Source: Armatimonadota bacterium (GTDB taxonomy: Bacteria > Armatimonadota > SYMT01). Taken from it: a stretch of DNA of 64,000 bases. A model generated the notes under the pieces. That model saw only the letters and a program-made list of their open reading frames with translations. It made no database searches and had not been told where the DNA came from. The DNA is taken from contig JAWLHY010000002.1 in NCBI GenBank assembly GCA_041690135.1, positions 352,001 to 416,000 on the forward strand, written 5' to 3'. This document shows, in pieces, positions 57,838 to 64,000 of the stretch. Position numbers and translations under genes: made by a program. Position 1 is the first letter of the stretch. The number at the start of each line of letters is the position of its first letter.

Positions 57838-59910
57838 CTAGCTCTCAACCTTCAACTCGACGCGGGCGGCGCAGACTTTGAACTCCGGCATCCGGGAAAC
57901 GGGATCCAGCGCGGGGTTCGTCAGGGTGTTTGCTCGACCCGCGCCGCCCCAGTGGAACGGCATGAAAAGGGTGTCGGGGCGGATCGCCGGGGTGATCCGG
58001 GCGGGAGCTTCCGCTACTCCCCGGCGGGTCACCACGCGCAGCGCATCTCCGTCTTTCACGCCCATCGACCGAGCCGTTATCGGGTGGATCTCGATGAACG
58101 GCTCCCGCACCGCGCCGCTCAGGGCGCCGACGCGCCGGGTCTGGGTGCCGGATTGGTACTGCTGCATCACGCGCCCGGTGGTGAGGTACAGCGGGTATTC
58201 CGTGTCCGGCTCTTCCGCGGCGGGGCGATGCTCCACGGGATGGAACCGCGCCCGGCCGTCCGGGGTGGCGAACCGCTCCAGGAACATCCGCGGAGTCCCC
58301 TCGTGTTCTTCGGAGGGGCAGGGCCAGAAGACCCCGTTCTCCTCCGCGATCCGCTCGTAGGTCACCCCGGCATAGTCCGCCACGGCGCCGGCCGTGGCTC
58401 GGCGGAGCTCTTCGAAGAGCGCGCGGGGCTCGGCGGTGAAGGAGGCGTCCCGGCCCAGCCGCTTTGCAAGCGCCACCAGGATCTCCGCGTCGGTCCGCAC
58501 CCCTTCCGGAGGCGCCGCCGCGCGCCGGCGCAGGAGGACCCGTCCCTCCAGGTTGGTCATCGTGCCTTCCTCTTCGGCCCACTGGGCGGCGGGGAGGACC
58601 ACGTCCGCGAGCGCCGCCGTTTCCGAGAGGAAGAGGTCCGCCACCACGAGGAAGTCCAGGCTCCGCATCCGATCCTCGACGTGGGCGGCCCGGGGCGCGG
58701 AGACGACGGGGTTGGAGCCCATCACCAGCAGGTTCCGGACGCCCCCTTCCATACCCAGAGTGTCCAGCAGCTCGTACGCGGAGCGGCCGGGGCCGGGAAG
58801 CTCGTCCGGGTGGATGCCCCACACCCGCGCCACGTGCTCGCGGTCCGCGGGGACGTCGATCCGGCGGTAACCGGGAAGCTGGTCCGCCTTCTGGCCGTGC
58901 TCCCGTCCGCCCTGGCCGTTCCCCTGGCCTGTCAGGCAGCCGTACCCGCAATGGGGCCGGCCGACCTGGCCCAAAGCCAACGCGAGGTTGATGAAGGCGA
59001 GGACGGTATCAACGCCCTTGCTCTGCTGCTCGGCGCCGCGCGCGGTGAGAACCATGCCGGTCTCGGCCGACCCCAACAGGTGCGCCGCTTCCTCCAGCCG
59101 GCGACGAGGCACGCCGGTGATCCCTTCCACCCGCTCCGGCCAGTAGCCCGCGACCACGCGCCGGACCGCCTCCCAGCCGGTGGTGCGCTCCCGGATGAAG
59201 GTCTCGTCGATCAGCCCGTCCCGCACCGCGACATGCAGCAGCCCGTTCGCCAGCGCCAGGTCGCTCCCCGGCGTAAGCTGAAGATGGAGCGCGGCGCCCA
59301 GCGCGGTCCCCGTGGCGCGTGGATCCACCACGATCAGCTTGCCGCCCCGGCGCTGCTGCTCGTCGAAGTACTGCATGATCGGCGGCATGCACTCCGCCGG
59401 GTTCGCTCCCACCAGCAGGATCACATCCGCCCGGGGGATGTCCACCAGCGGGAACGGCAGGCCGCGGTCGACGCCGAACGCCCGGATTCCCGCCGCGGCC
59501 GCCGAGGACATGCAGAACCGCCCGTTGTAATCGATGGAAGGCGTGCCCAGGGCGACCCGCGCAAACTTGCCGAGGAGGTAGACCTTCTCGTTGGTAAGGC
59601 CCCCGCCCCCGAAGATCCCCACCGCGTCCCGGCCGTAATGCTCCTGCGTGGCGCGAATCTCCGCCGCCACCCGTTCGAGCGCCGCCTCCCAGGAGACCGG
59701 CCGCAGGGGCGCGTCCTTCCGCTCCCGCATGAGCGGAGTGGTCAGGCGCTCCGGGTGCCGGAGCAGGTCCACGGAGGTCCAGCCCTTCTGGCAGAGCCCG
59801 CCCCGGTTGGTGGGGAAGTCCCCGCGCGGGACCACAGTGAGCCCTCCGTCGCCGGGAACGAGGTTCATCCCGCACTGGAGCGCGCAATAGGGGCAGTGGG
59901 TGGCGGTCAT
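57838..59910 (-). CDS. nasC: Assimilatory nitrate reductase catalytic subunit (Mo-bisPGD)
   Basis: HCPYCALQC...LCQKG, NGRFCMSSA, TGQGNGQGGRE, NPALDPVSRMPEFK; no C-terminal BFD. Symbol follows Bacillus usage (nasA in Klebsiella). Confidence 0.93.
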   Translation of the reverse strand: MTATHCPYCALQCGMNLVPGDGGLTVVPRGDFPTNRGGLCQKGWTSVDLLRHPERLTTPLMRERKDAPLRPVSWEAALERVAAEIRATQEHYGRDAVGIFGGGGLTNEKVYLLGKFARVALGTPSIDYNGRFCMSSAAAAGIRAFGVDRGLPFPLVDIPRADVILLVGANPAECMPPIMQYFDEQQRRGGKLIVVDPRATGTALGAALHLQLTPGSDLALANGLLHVAVRDGLIDETFIRERTTGWEAVRRVVAGYWPERVEGITGVPRRRLEEAAHLLGSAETGMVLTARGAEQQSKGVDTVLAFINLALALGQVGRPHCGYGCLTGQGNGQGGREHGQKADQLPGYRRIDVPADREHVARVWGIHPDELPGPGRSAYELLDTLGMEGGVRNLLVMGSNPVVSAPRAAHVEDRMRSLDFLVVADLFLSETAALADVVLPAAQWAEEEGTMTNLEGRVLLRRRAAAPPEGVRTDAEILVALAKRLGRDASFTAEPRALFEELRRATAGAVADYAGVTYERIAEENGVFWPCPSEEHEGTPRMFLERFATPDGRARFHPVEHRPAAEEPDTEYPLYLTTGRVMQQYQSGTQTRRVGALSGAVREPFIEIHPITARSMGVKDGDALRVVTRRGVAEAPARITPAIRPDTLFMPFHWGGAGRANTLTNPALDPVSRMPEFKVCAARVELKVES

Positions 59911-61427
59911 GCTTCCACCCCCAGTGGCGGCGTGGGCTCCACTGTTCCTTTCGGACGGAAGCGGTCGACGAAGACCCGCACCAGCCCCTTACAGGAGCCG
60001 CAGCCGGTGCCCGCCCGCGTGGCGCGCATCACGGCGGAGAGGCTGCAGCCGCCCCCCGCGACACACTCGCGGATATCTCCCTTGGTGACCCCGTTGCAGT
60101 GGCACACCGTGGCGTCTTCCGCCATCTCGTCCGGGCTGACCGCGCCGGGCTTGCCCCCGAGATCGAAGAAGAGGGAAGCCCGCTCCTCCGGCACGGGGGT
60201 CCCCCGCTCCAACAGTTGCGTGACATACGGCGCTCGCTCCCCGTCACCCAGCAGGATCGCCCCGATGAGGCGGTTGTCCCGGATGACCAGTTTCTTGTAA
60301 ATCCCCCGCTTCGGCTCCACATACTGGACGACCTCGTCCTCGGGCTCCGTGGCCTCCGGCTCGCCCACCGAAGTCAACTCCACCCCTATCACCTTCAGGT
60401 GCGTGGTGGTCCGGGAGCCGGTATAAACACTCTCCGGCCGCCCGGTGAGGTGGTCCGCCAGCACCCGCGCCTGCTCCCAGGCCGGCGCGACCAGGCCGTA
60501 AGTCATCCTCCGGTGCTCCACGCACTCGCCCACGGCGAAGATCGCCGGGTCGGCCGTGGTCAGGTGGTCGTCCACCACGATGCCGCGCCCCACGGGCAAT
60601 CCGCATTCCTGGGCCAACTCCACGTTCGGGCGGATGCCGCATGCGAACACCACCATGTCGCAGGTGAGGGAAGTGCCGTTGTCAAAAGCCAGCCCCCGGA
60701 CCCGGTCGGAGCCCAGGATCTCGGCGGTGCGCTGGCCGAGATGGACCCGCACCCCCATCCGCTCCACCACCTGCAGCAGGATGGCCGCCGCGGCGGGATC
60801 GAGCTGGCGGTCCATCAACCGGCCGGACTGCTGGACGACGTGCACCTCCAGGCCGTACTGCTGGAGACCGTAAGCGGCCTCGAGCCCGAGGAGCCCGCCC
60901 CCCACCACCACGGCCCGCCGGCTGTGGCTGGCATAACCGGAGATGCGCCGGCAATCCTCCAGGGTTCGAAAAACGAACACCCCCGGCAGCGGCTCCCCCT
61001 CCGGGCCCTTCAGTCCCTGCACGGTCGGCACCAGCGGGCGCGAGCCGGTCGCCAGGATCAGGCGGTCGTAGGCGACCTCCCGCCCCGTCGCGCTGATCAC
61101 CGTCCGGCTCTCCCGGTCGATTGCGGTCACGCGCTCTCCGGCGTGGAGGGTGATCCCACTCTCCTCATACCAGGAGAGAGGGTGCAGGAAGATCTCCGTG
61201 GCCGGCTGGGTGCCGCTGAGGACTCCGGAGAGCAGCACGCGGTTGTAATTGCCGCACGGCTCGTCGCCGAACACGACGATCTCCCACAGGCGGCCACCGT
61301 CGCGGAGCAGGATCTCCTCCACCGTCCGCGCCCCGGCCATCCCATTGCCGACCACCACGAGCCGTGGGCGGGGCGAACCACTCCGGGCGGCAGGCGGCGT
61401 GACCGGACACGACTCCCGAACACTCAT
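59907..61427 (-). CDS. nasB: Nitrate reductase electron-transfer subunit (FAD/NAD domain plus one BFD 2Fe-2S)
   Basis: NirB-like N-terminal half (VGNGMAG, YNRVLLS) ending after CHCN...CGSC; no siroheme domain; GGAGGG RBS before ATG 61427. Confidence 0.85.
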   Translation of the reverse strand: MSVRESCPVTPPAARSGSPRPRLVVVGNGMAGARTVEEILLRDGGRLWEIVVFGDEPCGNYNRVLLSGVLSGTQPATEIFLHPLSWYEESGITLHAGERVTAIDRESRTVISATGREVAYDRLILATGSRPLVPTVQGLKGPEGEPLPGVFVFRTLEDCRRISGYASHSRRAVVVGGGLLGLEAAYGLQQYGLEVHVVQQSGRLMDRQLDPAAAAILLQVVERMGVRVHLGQRTAEILGSDRVRGLAFDNGTSLTCDMVVFACGIRPNVELAQECGLPVGRGIVVDDHLTTADPAIFAVGECVEHRRMTYGLVAPAWEQARVLADHLTGRPESVYTGSRTTTHLKVIGVELTSVGEPEATEPEDEVVQYVEPKRGIYKKLVIRDNRLIGAILLGDGERAPYVTQLLERGTPVPEERASLFFDLGGKPGAVSPDEMAEDATVCHCNGVTKGDIRECVAGGGCSLSAVMRATRAGTGCGSCKGLVRVFVDRFRPKGTVEPTPPLGVEA

Positions 61428-61519
61428 CGCGTCCCTCCGCCCGTTACTTGCATCCGTTCCGCTGCCCGCCAAGACTTCATCGATACCCTCTCCGGCGCGT
61501 CCGCCTCCAAAGGCCAGAA

Positions 61520-61603
61520 GAGGGGTCGAGTCGCGGCATACGCCCGCCTATCTCGACCCCTCCACCTTTGGAAGGAAACTCTGGTGCCCGGCCGCGTCGC
61601 CGG
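61520..61603 (-). promoter_or_regulatory. ANTAR-like dual hairpin overlapping a terminator-like stem
   Basis: CCGGC-GACGCG-GCCGG (61588-61603), UCC-AAAGGU-GGA (61561-61572), 11-bp stem at 61520-61530/61552-61562. Confidence 0.65.
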
Positions 61604-61626
61604 CAACGGCCATTCCAACCGTCAAG

Positions 61627-61697
61627 TGAAGGGTAACAGCGGCATATTGCCGGCTAGTATCGTGAAGATGAACTCTGTGTTACGGCCAACTGGACAC
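61627..61697 (-). promoter_or_regulatory. Nitrogen-regulated promoter, copy 1 (GlnR-like boxes plus extended -10)
   Basis: GTAAC-n6-TTCAT-n6-GATAC-n6-GCAAT then TGtTACCCT; 55/71 identical to 63715-63785. Confidence 0.75.
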
Positions 61698-61744
61698 GAA
61701 CTGGGGCGGTTCGGCTGGGATAGGATCTGGCCCCCCGCGGGGGC

Positions 61745-62180
61745 TGAAGGTTGGAAGGTTCAAGGTTGAAGGTTGAAGGTTGGGAACCCTAGGGTTCAGG
61801 ACGGGTGGGGTTTGGCGAAGATAGGGTCGAGCTCGGAAACGGTAGGCGCCGACCACAGAATGCCACTTGGTGATGGACACGGGACTCCCTCTCCCGCAGC
61901 GTGGGAGAGGCTTGCGCCCCGAGGGGGTGGGATAGGGGGCATGTGCGTTAATGTACGGCGATACGATCGTGGGTGCCGCTCCGACGAGGGATCAAACTTG
62001 CCGTCCTGCGCACGGGATTCCCCTCTCCCGCAGCGTGGGAGAGGGGGAAGGGGGTGAGGGCACCCCACACACCGCACTCGCCGATGATCCACCCTTCAAA
62101 ACAACCAAACGGGCGGCGCGAGCTCCCGCTCACGCCGCCCGCCCTGGCCGGTTGGCCGGTTGGCCGGTTGGCCGGTTGGC
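61745..62180. repeat. Repeat-filled spacer between the transporter gene and nasB
   Basis: (AAGGTTG)n at 61745-61783; two CCTCTCCCGCAGCGTGGGAGAGG hairpins at about 61888-61910 and 62022-62045; GGCTTGCGCCCCGAGGGGGTG at about 61909-61929; (GGCCGGTT)4 at about 62145-62180. Confidence 0.8.
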
Positions 62181-62189
62181 CTTAACCCC

Positions 62190-63554
62190 CTATTCCGCTC
62201 CCGCGCCCACCGGCACGGGTTCCGCGGCCCGGCGGGCGTTGGCGGCCCGCTGGAACGCTTCCCGCTCCTCGGCTTCCGTCTTCTCGCAGAAGCGCACGGC
62301 AAGCGCAAAGACCGACGCGCCGATCACCGCCAGGCCCAGGTAGCCCAGGGCCTGCTGCGTGGTGAGGGATTCCGCCTTGAACAGGAACCCCGCGGCCACC
62401 GCGCCGGCGTTCCCGCCCGCGCCCACGATCCCCGCCACCGAGCCGAGCGCCTTCTTGTTGATGAACGGCACGATACCAAAGGTCGCGCCCTCGGCCATCT
62501 GCACGAAGAGGCTGAAGACCACCATCGACAGGACCGCCACCGGCAGAACGGACATGTTGGAGAAGACCACCAGCGCGATCCCTTCCAGCAGGGTCACGAT
62601 CCCGAGGAAGGCGACGCGGCCCTTCAGCCCGCCCCGGCCGGCGAAGAAGTCCGAGATGACGCCGCCCAGGGTTCGCGCGAAAAGGTTCATCAGGCCGAAC
62701 AGCCCGGCGATGAGGCCGGCGGTCGTCACACTGAGCCCGAACCGGTCGTGGAAGTAGAGGGCGGCCACGTTGTTGATGGTCAACTCCACGCCGAAGCAGG
62801 CGGCATAGAGCACGAACAGCGCCCACACCCGGACGTCGGAGGCGGCGGAGAGGAAGGAACCCGCCGTGACCGAGGCCTTACCCTGCGAGCGCAGGTCGGC
62901 CAGGTTCCCATGCGGCGTGTCCTGCGTCATGAAGTAGTAGGCGATGCCCATCAGCAGGAGCGCGGCGCCGGGGACCACCATCGCCAGGCGCCACCCCAGG
63001 GACTCGCTCACCCCCAGCCCCAGCACCGCCGCCAGGATCAGCGGCATCACCATCTGCGTCACCCCGCCACCCAGGTTCCCCCAGCCGGCGGTGGTGGCGT
63101 TCGCCGTCCCCACGATGTTGGGAGCGAACATCACCGAGGTGTGGTACTGGGTGATGACGAAGGAGGCCCCGATCGCCCCGATCGCCAGGCGCATCAGGAG
63201 GAAACTCTGATAGTCCTGCGCGAGCCCGATGCCCATCACCGGTAAGGAACCCAGGATCAGGAGCCAGGTGTAAGCCCGGCGGGGGCCGATCCGGTCGCAG
63301 AGCCAGCCGATGTAGAGCCGCGCCAGCACGGTAATGGCCACCGAAGCGATGATCGTGTTGCCGATCTGCGCTTTCGTCAGGTGGAGGTCCTCGCGGACCA
63401 CGGCCATCAACGGGGCGATACCGAACCAGCCGAAGAAGCAGAGGAAAAAGGCGAACCAGGTCATGTGGAACGCCCGCATGGGCGGACGCCGGAAGTTGAA
63501 CAGGTCGATGGAAGTAGCCCGCCCATCCGCCGATTGCAGGTGCTGATCGCTCAT
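62190..63554 (-). CDS. narK: NarK/NRT2-family nitrate transporter (MFS)
   Basis: MRAFHMTWFAFF, GASFVITQYHTS.MF, AGWGNLGGG, FGVELT, FARTLGG, GIVGAGGN. Confidence 0.93.
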   Translation of the reverse strand: MSDQHLQSADGRATSIDLFNFRRPPMRAFHMTWFAFFLCFFGWFGIAPLMAVVREDLHLTKAQIGNTIIASVAITVLARLYIGWLCDRIGPRRAYTWLLILGSLPVMGIGLAQDYQSFLLMRLAIGAIGASFVITQYHTSVMFAPNIVGTANATTAGWGNLGGGVTQMVMPLILAAVLGLGVSESLGWRLAMVVPGAALLLMGIAYYFMTQDTPHGNLADLRSQGKASVTAGSFLSAASDVRVWALFVLYAACFGVELTINNVAALYFHDRFGLSVTTAGLIAGLFGLMNLFARTLGGVISDFFAGRGGLKGRVAFLGIVTLLEGIALVVFSNMSVLPVAVLSMVVFSLFVQMAEGATFGIVPFINKKALGSVAGIVGAGGNAGAVAAGFLFKAESLTTQQALGYLGLAVIGASVFALAVRFCEKTEAEEREAFQRAANARRAAEPVPVGAGAE

Positions 63555-63600
63555 AACCGTCCCTCTCGATACGAACCTGGCGCGTTCCGGCGCCCGGAAC

Positions 63601-63647
63601 AAAAAAGAGGGACCAGCGTACGCGTTGCATGCGTACGCTGGTCCCTC
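63601..63647 (-). terminator. Intrinsic terminator in the narK leader
   Basis: Perfect 17-bp stem (63607-63623/63631-63647), 7-nt loop, U6. Confidence 0.92.
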
Positions 63648-63693
63648 CGCCGTTGGAGAATGACCCGACCGGAACACCAGGGCCCCCGTTGGC
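63645..63693 (-). promoter_or_regulatory. ANTAR dual hexaloop hairpin motif
   Basis: GCC-AACGGG-GGC (63682-63693) and CUCC-AACGGC-GGAG (63645-63658). Both loops have A1/G4; the second overlaps the terminator 5' arm. Confidence 0.85.
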
Positions 63694-63714
63694 TTGCTGA
63701 TGCCTACTGACGAA

Positions 63715-63785
63715 TGAAGGGTAGCAGCCTCATATTGCCGGTTGATATCTGCATTGTGAACTCTGAGTTACGGCCCTCCGGACAC
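63715..63785 (-). promoter_or_regulatory. Nitrogen-regulated promoter, copy 2 (GlnR-like boxes plus extended -10)
   Basis: GTAAC-n6-TTCAC-n6-GATAT-n6-GCAAT then TGcTACCCT. Confidence 0.75.
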
Positions 63786-63799
63786 TTATTCAGGCCTGT

Positions 63800-64000
63800 T
63801 TACCAGTTCGTGAAGCTCCCGTCCTCGCGGCGCAGCAGCGGTCCGCTGCCGGCCTGGTAGCGGCAGAGTTCCTTCGCGGCTTCCTCGTTGAACTCCACGC
63901 CGAGACCGGGGGCCGTGGGCGGGAGGAGGTAGCCGTCCTGGAATGGGACCTGGACGGGGAACGCCTCCGGCAAGACGGTTCCCGGCAGGCGGGGCAGCTC
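63800..64000 (-). CDS. C-terminal end of a mandelate racemase/galactonate dehydratase-like enolase (partial)
   Basis: ...DGYLLPPTAPGLGVEFNEEAA...LRREDGSFTNW*; runs off the window edge. Confidence 0.8.
   Translation of the reverse strand, partial: ELPRLPGTVLPEAFPVQVPFQDGYLLPPTAPGLGVEFNEEAAKELCRYQAGSGPLLRREDGSFTNW

Noticed and set aside
59907-61427. Truncated nirB pseudogene
   Set aside because: The frame is intact, it has an RBS, and it is ATGA-coupled to the nitrate reductase; it matches the electron-transfer subunit architecture.

Overview
High-GC bacterial chromosome segment, probably Armatimonadota or a similar lineage. This is inferred from a PEP-CTERM protein, a DUF1549/DUF1553-DUF1501 pair, a DUF1559-like H-X9-DG tail and a copper-amine-oxidase-N-like domain. 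About 50 CDS are present: a CHASE/PAS/GAF kinase with a receiver, Mn-catalase, xdhC-mocA, egtD/egtB divergent from a betaine-family ABC importer, a ROK-DUF1549/1553-DUF1501-sulfotransferase-like-aminotransferase IV block, tyrS, hisS, higBA and a nitrate assimilation cluster. No rRNA, tRNA, CRISPR array or intact transposase was seen. The best signals are non-coding: (1) a leaderless His-rich leader peptide with terminator and antiterminator upstream of hisS; (2) ANTAR-type dual hexaloop hairpins overlapping terminators, plus duplicated GlnR-like boxes, upstream of two nitrate transcription units; (3) a dispersed 120-140 nt repeat family flanked by 6- and 8-mer arrays, with one inverted doublet splitting nirB from nirD; (4) heptamer-repeat arrays read in frame inside two proteins. 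Product calls come from recognising motifs by eye, not from database searches.
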